Notes: generated from the letters alone by a model not told the origin. Shown: positions 27,815-42,289, counted from the first letter of the whole stretch. The stretch is DNA of 63,690 nucleotides, filler included, from Nemertoderma westbladi (GCA_032718475.1; 3 parts of 3 records of this genome joined end to end with filler, not necessarily neighbours in it); one strand, 5' to 3'. Translations and numbers: made by a program.

Positions 27815-29165
27815 CCGTGCTGCAGTAAAGACTGTGCTGGTCTATGGCAGTACTTGCTGGGACGTTTCTGTGCAGCAGTATAGACTGTGCAGGCATATGG
27901 CAGTCCTTGTTAGTACGTTTTTGTGCAGCAGTGGAGACTGTGCTGGTCTATGGCAGTTCTTATTAGTACGTTTCTGTGCAGCAGTACAGACTGTGCAGGT
28001 CTATGGCAGTACTTGCTGGGACGTTTCTGTGTAGCAGTAGAGGTTGTGCTGGTCTATGGCAGTCCTTGTTAGTACGTTTCTTTTTACCAGTAGAGATTGT
28101 GCTGGTCTATGGCAGTCCTTGTTAGTATAATATTTATGTGCAGCAATATAGACTGTACTGGTCTATGGCAGTCCTTGTTAGTATGTTTATGTGCAGCATT
28201 AGAGACTGTGCTGGTCTATGGCAGTCCTTGTTAGTATGTTTATGTGCAGCATTAGAGACTGTGCTGGTCTATGGCAGTCCTTGTTAGTTCGTTTCTTTGT
28301 ACCAGTAGAGATTGTGCTGGTCTATGGCAGTCCTTGTTAGTACGTTTCTATGCAGCAGTGGAGACTGTGCTGGTCTATGGCAGTCCTTGTTAGTACGTTT
28401 CATTGTACCAGTAGAGATTGTGCTGGTCTATGGCAGTCCTTGTTAGTATAATATTTCTGTGCAGCAATATAGACTGTACTGGTCTATGGCAGTCCTTGTT
28501 AGTATGTTTATGTGCAGCATTATAGACTGTGCTGGTCTATGGCAGTCCTTGTTAGTATGTTTATGTGCAGCATTAGAGACTGTGCTGGTCTATGGCAGTC
28601 CTTGTTAGTACGTTTCTTTGTACCAGTAGAGATTGTGCTGGTCTATGGCAGTCCTTGTTAGTACGTTTCTATGCAGCAGTGGAGACTGTGCTGGTCTATG
28701 GCAGTCCTTCTTAGTACTGTACATTTATGTGCAGCATTATAGACTGTACTGGTCTATGGAAGTCCTTGGTAGTACGTTTATATGCAGCATTATAGACTGT
28801 GCTGGTCTATGACAGTCCTTGTTAGTACTGTACATTTCTGTGCAGGCAGTAGAGACTGTGCTGGTCTATGGAAGTCCTTGTTTGTACGTTTCTGTGAAGC
28901 AGTAGAGACTGTGCCGGTCTATGGCAGTCCTTGTTAGTACATATCTGTGCAGCAGTAGAGACTGTGCTGGTCTATGGCAGTCCTTGTTAGTACTGTACAT
29001 TTCTGTGCAGCAGTAGAGACTGTGCTGGTCTATGGCAGTCCTTGTTAGTACGTTTCTGTGCAGCAGTAGAGACTGTGCCGGTCTATGGCAGTCCTTGTTA
29101 GTACATTTCTGTGCAGCAGTAGTGACTGTACTGGTCTATGGCAGTCCTTGTTAGTACGTTTCTGT
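27815..29165. repeat. 53-bp minisatellite
   Basis: gcagcagtagagactgtgctggtctatggcagtccttgttagtacgtttctgt, about 25 variable copies. Confidence 0.92.
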
Positions 29166-29683
29166 GGATCAGTTGGCGACTGACCGAGAGATTAGGTGGC
29201 GTCTCTGGTCTCACCGAGTACTGCGATCAAAAGATTTTATGACGACTCTTTTTGGTTCTGACGGCATGGCACCACAGTGCAGCGTAGCCAATTGTTATGA
29301 ACCGGAGATTAATTATTAACCGGAGATACGGATGAAGAAAAAGAACGTAGCAACTCTATTTCTTTCATAACGTACAGTATGCCTATACATACAATAATTA
29401 AATGGAAACATTTAGACCGTTAACTGAGAGCACAGATATCGCTTTTCGCCACTAACTGATAGCTATCAGATGACGATGAATAAAATTGTACTCAAACTAA
29501 ATTCAAACTGTAGGGCCCACATACAGCTAGAGTTCAATATCTAATCAAAAGTTGGTGTAGGCCTACAGTATATCAGTATAAGTAGGTGTAGGTCTACAGT
29601 ATATCAGTTGGGTTTTTAATTTGAATAATACGAGATGTGGATAACGGGAAGCGCATAATAAACGTAGATTAATTATTTAGTCT

Positions 29684-30134
29684 CTATTTGGTCTCCGTTA
29701 CGTTGGCGGTGACTTCCGGGTTAATTTCTTCAATGGTATCCTTAACAACTTCTTCACCGGCGAGTTCGTGTATTTCTTCCAAAGGTGGTTCATCCCTTGC
29801 GGAAACAGAAACTCTTCTATTAGCGTCATCAACATGACTAACATTTCCGCCTCCAGTCGAATCCTCTCCGAATTCTGCACCAACATCAAACACCATTGTT
29901 TCGTTTTCTGGATTTTCTCCTGTGGCTGCAGTACTGCGTTCACATTCGGGTAACTCTTCCAACCCATGTGCGCTAGCGGTACCAACTCCATCCGAATCGG
30001 CGGGTCTCTGTTGAATTCTCATAGGTTTCCTGCAACTAAAGAGACAGCAGACGGGAATGAATGGACCGCATGAACACGGGGTGGCGCTGTCGACAATATC
30101 ACCATCCTCTGGGTTGACTTTATTTTCCTTCAAT
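29684..30134 (-). CDS. Exon 2 (acidic cytoplasmic tail) of CUB-domain membrane protein
   Basis: tttcag acceptor ending at 30135; phase matches the phase-2 donor at 31474; stop at 29684. Confidence 0.7.
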
Positions 30135-30564
30135 CTGAAACATACGGTATAAGATATTATTGAAATTTATTTGTATTATAATTAATTGTAAGGTTTTAAA
30201 AAATATATTTTATTCCAAAATTGTAACATTACTCAACGTCGTTAGTATTAACAGCGAGTTGTTATTTAGCACTTTTCAACTTTAGAGGACATTACAGCAT
30301 TGTATTGGCCTGTACATTTAGTATTGTATTTGGTGTTATCGGTTAAGTAATGTCCCCTTAGTGGACATTACGTAAGTAACGCCGTCATTGGATACCACGT
30401 AAACAATAGGTGGAAATTTGCCTGACAGCCAGTTAGGCCTACTGCATTACCTACCGGTAGGCGGGGTATAGCTATTAATAACCAGTTGGGCCTAGTTATA
30501 TCATTATAACATGGCTCCACCCGCCACGGCGCCACCATAATTATAAACTATATGTTAGCCTAAC

Positions 30565-30627
30565 CATGGAATACTAAATATAGATAATATATATATATAC
30601 TAAATAATGTATATTTAGTATTCCATG
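30565..30627. mobile_element. 63-bp P-element-like mini-MITE in the intron
   Basis: TIR catggaatactaaatata / tatatttagtattccatg; 7-bp TSD GCCTAAC at 30558-30564 and 30628-30634. Confidence 0.75.
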
Positions 30628-31269
30628 GCCTAACTTACTTATAATTTATATCATTTTTACATTTATTTATACAGCAACTAATTTAATTTGTGCAGTTTCT
30701 AATCACTTATGATGTATATGTACAATCATTTCGTAATGTTAAAATTTTGGAATAAAATTACTTACATACTTGTTGCAAAGTACTTTACAGTGTTCTGATC
30801 CTCGTGGCTTTATTTTCATTCACTCACTAACGTTCGTTCGTGTAACAAAGCACTCAGATCACCACACTGTAAAATGCAACTTCACACAAAAGTATGTAAA
30901 TAGTTATTACATTATTGTGTGATAGAAGCAATTTATTAGGCACATAGCGAGTAACACAAATAAACATTGGCCTTTAACGACAAATGGTGCCAACGTGCTT
31001 GGTAATTTTTTTCATTTCTGAACCAAATCCTATTAAAAATTGTATATCTACAGTTTTTATATTATCAGCTCAACTCCAATTTATTTACCCGCGCAATTAA
31101 TTGCAATTACTTTAACAAACTAACTACAGTATATTACACTTAGCATCCGGTTATGTAATTGTTATTATATGCGGTTATGTAATTGTTATATAAATGTAAT
31201 TTCGTAAAATTTAACTATTATAACATTTCCAGGTCCAGCTTGATCCAAACACGCATTATTATCAGCTCA

Positions 31270-31465
31270 TTAATGACAATTACTTATAAATATTAATGAC
31301 AATTACTTAAAATATATTAATGACAATTACTTAATACTGTAGATATCAATGACAATTACTTAATACTGTAGATATCAATGACAATTACTTTATACTGTAG
31401 ATATCAATGACAATTACTTTATACTGTAGATACCATTGACAATTACCTAATATATATCAATGACT
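31270..31465. repeat. ~24-29 bp intronic minisatellite
   Basis: aatgacaattactt(aatactgtagatatc) x ~7. Confidence 0.8.
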
Positions 31466-31474
31466 ATTGCTTAC

Positions 31475-32397
31475 CTGCAACATCCGTCGCGACAAACCCC
31501 AAATCTCCAAGGCAACCAGCCCGGCTTACATACGCACCACAAAGAAACGCAACACATTAAGGGTAGACACAGTACCACGATGAGGGGTATAAGCCACAAC
31601 ATTTGGTCTACTGGTGGCCCGGGAGTGGGCGTCGTAGTGGTTATCGGAGGGGTGGTAGTCGGGAAAGCGACGGCCGTGATTCGGTATTCGAACTCGACGT
31701 GGGACGAGAAGGCATTAGTGTAGACCTGTAGGACGAAGAGGACGTTGGGGCCGGAAGTGGTGACCGTAGTCTCGAGAGGAAGGTTACCTTCGGCACAGCC
31801 GTGGTGTTCGTCCAGTAGCGTCTCGGTAGAATCTCCATCGTAGATCTTGATGTGCGTTGGTTCTGCAGGACATTTCAATATGTCATATTGTGCGACTGAT
31901 TGGTCGTCAGGCCAACATAGATGGCAATATTTCGCACAATAAAGCTCAGCGACATCCCTCTTAGCGCAACACGCAGCTTCGTCAATTTCCATGGTCGAAA
32001 GGGCTAGGTCAAAAACTAAAAATCCGAAATTTGTTGCCGCGCATTCCTGTTCAGTGTACTTCGATTGATCGACACACCTTTCCTTATCATTCTCAGAAAA
32101 GGAGCATATTTTTAGTTTAGTAATCTCCACGACAAATTTATCGATGCGTTCGTCGTCCGTAGTGAATTGCACCCTGCAACTTCGACCGTTAACGTAAATG
32201 TCTTTGGATTTGTCGGTGGCAGGGTCTCGGTATACTTTCCACGAGGTTTCTGCAACGTCGGGGCCAATATCTGTCAGTTTGTGAACGTAGTTCTCTTCTG
32301 ACAATTTGGTGCCACAAGGGAATGGAATATCAACCACAGCAGAAAATGCCACATTGAAAGTAATTGCCACCAAATAAGCCAACTGTAATTTATGCAT
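31475..32397 (-). CDS. Exon 1 of a type I membrane protein: signal peptide, CUB domain with ShKT-like insert, Thr/Pro stalk, Cys-rich TM (spliced product ~457 aa)
   Basis: MHKLQLAYLVAITFNVAFS signal; CG...Y.NGRSCRVQF; IKIYDGDS...GC...TTSGPNVLFVL; TTTPPITTTTPTP; LWLIPLIVVLCLPLMCCVSLW; AG|GTAAGC donor. Confidence 0.8.
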
Positions 32398-33029
32398 GAT
32401 ATCAAGTTTATATGATATTATTTTTGTGGGTAATTAATATATTGTTCATTATTTCATCATTATTGTTCTGTAGAAAAATGTAATGATAAAGCTATTTCCA
32501 GAATCATTATTGTTCGGGATTTAGGCCTACATTTGGAAAACAATAACTGCCATGAATTATTTTACCTTCAGTATTTGTCTAACTAAGTTCAATCCTATAT
32601 ATACTAACTACGCTATCATTAAAAATATGTTTTGAGAAAAAACAATATTATTTTTTCAAGATTGTTGTAATAAATATGCATTCCACTGGACCTGGATACC
32701 CTGATATAGTCCTGCACGATATAAAGAAGCTTCTCTTGGATTTATAGGAGGGAATATATGTTAATCCTAATCTATATTCTTGGAATCAAATCAGAAATAA
32801 CATAAACATATAAATTTAAGGAATACTGCATACTGTATATGTTGAAGTCTCTTTTTTTGTTATGCATTGCTTCCGGTGTAAGAGAGCATGGATCAGTCAT
32901 CTAGATACAGGTCTGAGTTTATCATTTTCTTTGTGCAAATCATTGCACAAGCTATGCCATTTACTCTTTACGCATTGCAATGCAATGTGTAAAGAGTAAA
33001 TGGGATATCTTAGCTTAGCAAAGTCAGAT

Positions 33030-33090
33030 TTTACTTAGTTAGGATCGAACTGATGACTTTGAGGTTAGAAGTCTGACGAGCTAACCTTAG
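33030..33090 (-). mobile_element. Degenerate tRNA-derived SINE head
   Basis: Minus strand ggttagctcgtcagacttctaa...cagttcgatcc; similar to 42850-42930. Confidence 0.35.
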
Positions 33091-33294
33091 GACTGTGTAC
33101 GACCGACCACATGGCAATATGGTTGAACGTACATAAGGTATACCGACCTATCCTTACCTAGACCTACCTTCCTGGAATTCCACTACTCAGGCCAGGGTTG
33201 CAAACACACAGCCCACAGACTACAGCTAATTTGTATACCACATATCATGTGGGGTGTCGAAAATAATTAGAGATTGTGTTGTGGAAGAATTACT

Positions 33295-36200
33295 TCATCC
33301 CTTCACATCCATATTAATGCCAGGTAGGCATGCAATCCCTGCACATCCATATGAATACCAGGTAGGCCTGCCATCCCTGCACATCCATATTAATACCAGG
33401 TAGGCCTGCCATCCCTGCACATCCATATGAATACCAGCTAGGCCTGCCATCCCTGCACATCCATATGAATACCAGGTAGGCCTGCCATCCCTGCACATCC
33501 ATATGAATACCAGGTAGGCATGCCATCCCTGCACATCCATATGAATACCAGGTAGGCCTGCCATCCCTGGAAATCCATATTAATACCAGGTAGGCCTGCC
33601 ATCCCTGCACATCCATATGAATACCAGGTAGGCCTGCCATCCCTGGAAATCCATATTAATACCAGGTAGGCCTGCCACCCCTGCACATCCATATTAATAC
33701 CAGGTAGGCCTGCCATCCCTGCACATCCATATTAATGCCAGGTAGGCCTGCCATCCCTGCACATTCATATGAATACCAGGTAGGCCTGCCATCCCTGGAA
33801 ATCCATATTAATTCCAGGTAGGCCTGCCATCCCTGCACATCCATATTAATGCCAGGTAGGCCTGCCATCCCTGCACATTCATATGAATACCAGGTAGGCC
33901 TGCCATCCCTGGAAATCCATATTAATACCAGGTAGGCCTGCCATCCCTGCACATCCATATTAATGCCAGGTAGGCCTGCCATCCCTGCACATCCGTATGA
34001 AACCAGGTAGGCCTGCCATCCCTGCACATCCGTATGAATACCAGGTAGACCTACCATCCCTGCACATCCGTATGAATACCAGGTAGGCCTGCCATCCCTG
34101 CACATCCATATTAATGCCAGGTAGGCCTGCCATCCCTGCACATTCGTATATACAAACCAGGTAGGCCTGCCACCCCTGCACATCCATATTAATACCAGGT
34201 AGGCCTGCCATCCCTGCACATCCGTATGAATACCAGATAGGCCTGCCATCCCTGCACATCCGTATGAATACCAGGTAGGCCTGCCATCCCTGCACATCCG
34301 TATGAATACCAGGTAGGCCTACCATCCCTGCACATCCGTATATACAAACCAGGTAGGCCTGCCACCCCTGCACATCCGTATGAATACCAGGTAGGCCTGC
34401 CATCCCTGCACATCCATATGAATACCAGGTAGGCCTGCCATCCCTGCACATCCATATTAATGCCAGGTAGGCCTGCCATCCCTGCACATCCGTATGAATA
34501 CCAGGTAGGCCTGCCATCCCTGCACATCCGTATGAATACCAGGTAGGCCTGCCATCCCTGCACATCCGTATGAATACCAGGTAGGCCTACCATCCCTGCA
34601 CATCCGTATATACAAACCAGGTAGGCCTGCCACCCCTGCACATCCGTATATACAAACCAGGTAGGCCTGCCATCCCTGCACATCCATATTAATACCAGGT
34701 AGGCCTGCCATCCCTGCACATCCGTATGAATACCAGGTAGGCCTACCATCCCTGCACATCCGTATATACAAACCAGGTAGGCCTGCCACCCCTGCACATC
34801 CGTATATACAAACCAGGTAGGCCTGCCATCCCTGCACATCCCTATTAATACCAGGTAGGCCTGCCATCCCTGCACATCCGTATGAATACCAGGTAGGCCT
34901 GCCATCCCTGCACATCCGTATGAATACCAGGTAGGCCTGCCATCCCTGCACATCCATATTAATACCAGGTAGGCCTGCCATCCCTGCACATCCATATTAA
35001 TACCAGGTAGGCCTGCCATCCCTGCACATCCGTATATACAAACCAGGTAGGCCTGCCACCCCTGCACATCCGTATATACAAACCAGGTAGGCCTGCCATC
35101 CCTGCACATCCCTATTAATACCAGGTAGGCCTGCCATCCCTGCACATCCGTATGAATACCAGGTAGGCCTGCCATCCCTGCACATCCGTATGAATACCAG
35201 GTAGGCCTGCCATCCCTGCACATCCATATTAATACCAGGTAGGCCTGCCATCCCTGCACATCCATATTAATACCAGGTAGGCCTGCCATCCCTGCACATC
35301 CATATTAATACCAGGTAGGCCTGCCATCCCTGCACATCCATATTAATACCAGGTAGGCCTGCCATCCCTGCACATCCGTATGAATACCAGGTAGGCCTGC
35401 CATCCCTGCACATCAATATTAATACCAGGTAGGCCTGCCATCCCTGCACATCCATATGAATACCAGGTAGGCCTGCCATCCCTGCACATCCATATGAATA
35501 CCAGGTAGGCCTGCCATCCCTGCACATCCATATGAATACCAGGTAGGCATGACATCCCTGCACATCCGTATAAATACCAGGTAGGCCTTCCATCCCTCCA
35601 CATCCATATGAATACCAGGTAGGCCTGCCATCCCTTCACATCCGTATGAATACCAGGTAGGCCTGCCATCCCTGCACATCCGTATGAATACCAGGTAGGC
35701 CTGCCATCCCTGCACATCCATATTAATACCAGGTAGGCCTGCCATCCCTGCACATCCATATTAATACCAGGTAGGCCTGCCATCCCTGCACATCCGTATG
35801 AATACCAGGTAGGCCTGCCATCCCTGCACATCCATATTAATACCAGGTAGGCCTGCCATCCCTGCACATCCATATTAATGCCAGGTAGGCCTGCCATCCC
35901 TGCACATCCGTATATACAAACCAGGTAGGCCTGCCACCCCTGCACATCCATATTAATACCAGGTAGGCCTGCCATCCCTGCACATCCATATTAATACCAG
36001 GTAGGCCTGCCATCCCTGCACATCCATATTAATACCAGGTAGGCCTGCCATCCCTGGAAATCCATATTAATACCAGGTAGGCCTGCCATCCCTGCACATC
36101 CATATTAATACCAGGTAGGCCTGCCATCCCTGCACATCCGTATGAATACCAGGTAGGCCTGCCATCCCTGCACATCCATATTAATACCAGGTAGGCCTGC

Positions 36201-37470
36201 CATCCCTGGAAATCCATATTAATACCAGGTAGGCCTGCCATCCCTGCACATCCATATTAATACCAGGTAGGCCTGCCATCCCTGCACATCCATATTAATA
36301 CCAGATAGGCCTGCCATCCCTGCACATCCGTATGAATACCAGGTAGGCCTGCCATCCCTGCACATCCATATTAATACCAGGTAGGCCTGCCATCCCTGGA
36401 AATCCATATTAATACCAGGTAGGCCTGCCATCCCTGGAAATCCATATTAATACCAGGTAGGCCTGCCATCCCTGCACATCCATATTAATACCAGGTAGGC
36501 CTGCCATCCCTGCACATCCGTATGAATACCAGGTAGGCCTGCCATCCCTGCACATCCATATTAATACCAGGTAGGCCTGCCATCCCTGGAAATCCATATT
36601 AATACCAGGTAGGCCTGCCATCCCTGCACATCCATATTAATACCAGGTAGGCCTGCCATCCCTGCACATCCACATTAATACCAGGTAGGCCTGCCATCCC
36701 TGCACATCCATATTAATACCAGGTTGGCCTGCCATCCCTGCACATCCATATTAATACCAGGTAGGCCTGCCATCCCTGCACATCCATATTAATACCAGGT
36801 AGGCCTGCCATCCCTGCACAGCCGTATGAATACCAGGTAGGCCTGCCATCCCTGCACATCCGTATATACAAACCAGGTAGGCCTGCCACCCCTGCACATC
36901 CATATTAATACCAGGTAGGCCTGCCATCCCTGCACATCCATATTAATACCAGGTAGGCCTGCCATCCCTGCACATCCATATTAATACCAGGTAGGCCTGC
37001 CATCCCTGCACAGCAGTGAATACCAGGTAGTCCGCCATCCCTGCACAGCAGTGAATACCAGGTAGTCCGTCATCCCTGTACAGCAGTGAATACCAGGTAG
37101 TCCGCCATCCCTGCACAGCCGGGAATACCAGGTAGTCCGCCATCCCTGCACAGCACAGCAGTGAATACCAGGTAGTCCGCCATCCCTGCACAGCTGTGAA
37201 TACCAGGTAGTACCAGGTAGTCCGCCATCCCTGCACAGCAGTGAATACCAGGTAGTCCGCCATCCCTGCACAGCCGGGAATACCAGGTAGTCCGCCATCC
37301 CTGCACAGCAGTGAATACCAGGTAGTCCGCCATCCCTGCACAGCCGGGAATACCAGGTAGTCCGCCATCACTGCACAGCTGTGAATACCAGGTAGTTCCA
37401 GGTAGTCCGCCATCCCTGCACAGCCGTGAATATCAGGTAGTCCGCCATCCCTGCACAGCCGTGAATAAGT
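33295..37470. repeat. 4.2-kb minisatellite: 38-bp unit switching to a ~35-bp variant near 37010
   Basis: aataccaggtaggcctgccatccctgcacatccatatt x ~100, then gtgaataccaggtagtccgccatccctgcacagca. Confidence 0.95.
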
Positions 37471-37688
37471 ACCGTTAGTCCTTACCATTTATGAACAACC
37501 ATGAGAATACGGTATTTCATATGGAAGTAGTTAAGAGAGTTCGGTATTTCGGTGATACGTGATTGTTTACATTTATTTTAACATTTTATTTTCCGAATTG
37601 ACATAATAATGAACCTTAGAACAGAATATTACACTATAATATGAATAAACTTTGTCAAACAGTAGCAAAAATATAATATTTGAATTAC

Positions 37689-37877
37689 CTGGTCATCAGT
37701 GTGATAGTAACAAACTCTGGGAGAGTCGCTCAAAGGTAAAACTTTTATATCAACAACATCTAGTATTTCGTAGTGACCAAGAATGATAATAGCCGCGAAT
37801 CCAAGACTTAATATAATGAAGAAAACTAGAAGAATGGTTAGGAAACATTGGCAAGCTCCTCCACCCTCCTTACCCAT
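37689..37877 (-). CDS. Candidate first coding exon with an N-terminal signal-anchor helix
   Basis: ATG at 37877; FLTILLVFFIILSLGFAAIIILG; CAG|GTAATT donor; ttttccag acceptor just upstream of ATG. Confidence 0.45.
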
Positions 37878-40800
37878 GTTGGTTGAAATTGCTGGAAAAT
37901 TTGTAATATTAATTAATATTAAAGTCGATTATATCGGCTTTATCAGGTACTAATTTAGCTATCGCATCCGCGGTATCCTTATCTCTAAAATTACGCTATT
38001 ATTACTTGAAGGGAATAATCCTGATTTTAGCAACAAAACGTTTGGCTGGAATAAGACAAGACCTAACCATATAATAATTGGTGCTATTGATTAGAAGTAA
38101 AAGTACCTAATGGAGGCCGTCGCGTCTATTAAAGGTGGTAATTAGGTGGATTTAGAAAAGGAAGTGATAGGATCAAGGTTCCTTAATAACTGTGTGGGGA
38201 ACTCCTTCAATAAATCAGCTTCCTCAATGGACTTTCGACCTTGATCATAGATACCGCGATGGATTTGTTGATAATTAAATTTCAATCTTTGTGATTCAAA
38301 TACCGTAGTATAATGTCCCTTTCCCAATCCCTCGTCCCCTAATTATAAATTTCTTATTATCAATAATAGCATTCTACACTGAATGATAAAGGAAAATACT
38401 GCTAACGCAGTATTTCTACAAACTTCACTTCCCTATACTATTGTCGCAATCAAATGCTGCGTATAATTGTAGTTGTATTAGGTTTCCCTCCGGCCTTACC
38501 GGTTGGTACTCCGTGCCATTCGGCATGTTTGAGCATCGTATCCGGTTAATGAGCTACACTAGTTGGGCACTCACTTCACTACCTACCTGGTACTTGGCTG
38601 AGTGATAAATCATTGATTGCAAAATTTTATTACATGAAACAGTTTATATTTCAGTTTTAATTCCCATAAATTTAATTTTACAAACTAAAATTTCCCCCAA
38701 CTTTCTGTTGTTATTTTGACAGGATTTCTGATTGCATGATTGTATTTGTTTTGCGTGAAATATGGAGATTACATTACTGAATCTATTTTTTAGCCCGTTT
38801 CATTTTTCAATATGTATATAATTTGTGTATATCTTGATTTATCTTTATACTATTAAGTGTGTTGTGATGATGCTTTCTCTGCGTTATTGTGCTAAATGTT
38901 GTTCTTCTGTTTTTTTTGTGTGATACAGTAAATAATGTGTATGCATGAGCGTGACAAAATGTATATTAATATTTTCCTTTAAATATTAAAAAAATATATT
39001 TTTAGCCTGTTCCTGAAAATACCTGTTTGTTTCTAATTATTTTTTTCTGCTGAATATTAAGTTACGTATAAGTTGTTTTCTTTTGCTCACCTGTTACTAT
39101 TGTAGATAGTAGTCACTTTGTTCGATTGTCGCTGGAGAAATAATTCTTTAGAAATATTTAAATCTTTATGTTTTAAATTGTAAGAGAAAGAAGTAATTCC
39201 TTATATTTACGGCGGTAAAGTAAAGTAAAGTTATCTGTGAACGTAACCACGAAACACCGGAGCTAAGCCACACAGGGAAGGCGCCACACTAACTCCCAAG
39301 GAAAAATACTATGCTTATCTAACTTTTTGTTACTCACCCAGCTTATGCCAGGTTCCCACCATTACAGCTGGTAATAATATTTAATGTTTTACTTAAACTC
39401 GATAATAATGAAAATGTTTCAGGCCCATGTGAAGAATACCAGGTTTTCACAAAAAACCCAGGTTACATTATGCCGAATCTAACCAAAACAATAAACGAAT
39501 TTGAAACTGTACATGTTATAAGAAATAATTTAGCGCTTTAAAATAGTCCTGGCCTACTTAGGAGGAGACATTTAAAATAACACAATGTTTCCATAAATAA
39601 ATAAAAAGACGACCGAAAAGTGAAAACCTGGTATTCGTCAGATGGGCGATGTTTTACATCCGTAGCGTGTTTTATTTTGTACAATGTGGAAAGGGCCAGG
39701 AAGATTGATAAAAAATAGATATAAATGGGAATTAAATTGAAACATGTAGAAAATTAAGATTAAATTATATAAATTGTAAAAAAATTTGGATGTATTATTT
39801 CATTTATAGTTCAACAATAATGAACTATTGAGAATTTAAAGTACAGATACTGAAACTAAGAAATCGGTGGGCTTCTAAATGAGAACAAAGGATACGGGAA
39901 TTCCGGGCAGGAAGCAAAACTATGTGGACTAAATAAAAGGGAGTATAAAACGTGGGAAGAGAAATAAAAATACGTGAAATAAAAATACGATGAAAACTCT
40001 CGCGCGGAAATGGTCTAAAAAGTGAGAGCTGGTATTATTAAAATAAAGATCAGTGAAATTGTAATCATTAAACTGACTAGAACGCCATCAAGATGGCTTT
40101 AAACGAACCTGTCTTAAACTGACTCCAAGAAACATGGGATTGGAAGATGCAAACCAAGAATGACTTGCATCAACCAAAAAACTGCCTCCCATCTAATGTA
40201 ATACACATTCGCCTAGGCAAACAAATCATAATCACAATAACTGCGATGTATGAAATGTTATCCATATCCGTAACCTGGGAAACGGCCCCAAGGAGCAGTT
40301 TATTCTGAGGAGGGGTCTTTCTGTATTAGAAAAATATAATAAAGAATACGAATTATTTATACCTAATACATTCTCAGTTAGCCTAATAAAAACATAGGAG
40401 CAACCAATACAACATATATTAATGATAGTACATAGAAGCCTCCTATGAAAATTTGTGAAATCTTCCATTAACTCTACAACAGCCGTTGGTAACCGGCTTG
40501 CACCCGCAAGTTTTTCGTGAGTTTTATGGTTTTGTTAGTTTAATCGACAGCTGTTGTAAACGTCCCAGATATACAAAACCTACTAAGCCTATACATTATA
40601 ATTGATCTTAGCCTAAGTTGATGACAGTATTATAACGATGACAATAGGCCCTATAGATACATACGATATATAAATGATGTACTGCTTGACATTACACTAA
40701 CTGACAGAATAGAATAGAGATAGAACAATAATTTACGATATAATTAATATACGTAACTCAAATTGAGAATAAGTAGAGAAATATTGTTCAGCTGTAAAAG

Positions 40801-41789
40801 TGTAGTTGTGGGTATTTAATTTCGCGTTACATAATGTTGATAATATGCTAATATTTTGTATATCGCAGATCGAATCGTTCCCAACTTTTTTATTCAACAA
40901 CTAGATACTAATGGATAAATAGTCGTGCTAAAAATCTTTGCGTACCTGCTTGAGTTTTTGAGATATTGAATGGTTAAACACACACACACCCCCAACCACA
41001 TCGTGTTTTTGACATGAACTACCCAGTCTAAAGACAGGTTCGTTATAATAGCTGTAATAATATTTAAAACAATGCATTATTTTTGCATTACATCACGCAG
41101 TAAAATAATAAAATATTACAATACAATAATGTAGCGGCATTGAAACTCATAATTCTATCGTAACATTGTTTCCTGCCTGGTAAGCAAACTATTGTCTCAA
41201 TCTAAAACGTCCATTACAGAAATAATAAATCTTTTATTTGATGTTACAATGAGATACAAAGACTTGAAATGAATGTGAATAAATAATATTTTATTATGCA
41301 GAAATTCCTCAAAAACGCAGAACTAACTGTTGAATAGAATGTACCAATGAATGCAACTGTCCTTCATCATTGGCCTATTCATCAGGGATAATCTCACTAA
41401 CGGTAACTCTATGGAGAGGTTTTCACTTAAAATCATCCACAGTGTAGGACATCTCACGGGAACTATAATGGGTTTGAAATCCGCAGTAAATGGGCGTTGT
41501 CGGTGCGGTGTAACACAGGGCGTGGTACCTACACACACATACTGTACAGCCCCCCCCTTCTCATGCGTATCCTAAACCCGTACTACTACAGTATATTGTA
41601 ATACCAATGTTTTCAAGCAACTCTGCATATTTTCATCGTTAGTTGGTATTTGCCAACGCAACGTACTGTACATCTGCTCTCTATTAAACGTAAACACCCA
41701 CGCGTATTAATTCAAAGAATATTATAATTAATTAATACATGGGTGTGTGTATCCGTAAATAGGAAATAATTTTGATAATTTAAGCAGGT

Positions 41790-42030
41790 TAGTTAGATTG
41801 ATATGATATTTGAACCAAAATAAAACACGAGAGTCAATAGAACTGGATACAGTTTCTCAGCTGTTATTTGTCTCGATTTTCCCTTGGAAACGGTTGGGAA
41901 TGTTTGAATGGCGAGGTTTCATCGCGTCAAGAATAAAGGTTACATACAACATCAGAGTGGAAGTTTAATTAATGTATCAAAGTCAAAGTGTACACCATTC
42001 AAATATACATTGGGAAATATGACACGTCAA
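41790..42030 (+). pseudogene. Possible highly decayed Merlin/IS1595-like transposase relic
   Basis: Fragments EWRGF, KNKGYIQHQS, VYT in different frames resemble D.WRGY..L...GY.H..V...VHT; weak. Confidence 0.2.
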
Positions 42031-42289
42031 AGGTTGCAAAATTTCTATATAAAGTAAGTGAGTGTATACAATTTTGAACAATATATAAATATGGGGAATG
42101 CGCGCGCTTGTTGCAGAGGCGAAATAACAGTAGTTATAGGCATCAGGATGTAGGTCTATTGCCTGAGGCCTACAGATCGAGACATTTATGATGGGATCTT
42201 AAATACCTCCATGATTATAAGTCCAGAGACCTTCCTCTTCCTCTTCCTCTCCCCGATCTATTTCTCAACGATTCGGATATAGGCATTAC

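Noticed and set aside
33295-37488. Many MAGLPG/DVQGWQAY ORFs
   Set aside because: Translations of a 38-bp minisatellite cycling through frames
38100-40470. Decayed LINE fragments (PTQLLRNLDPITSF; ETW-like endonuclease words)
   Set aside because: Too degenerate to delimit or assign by eye
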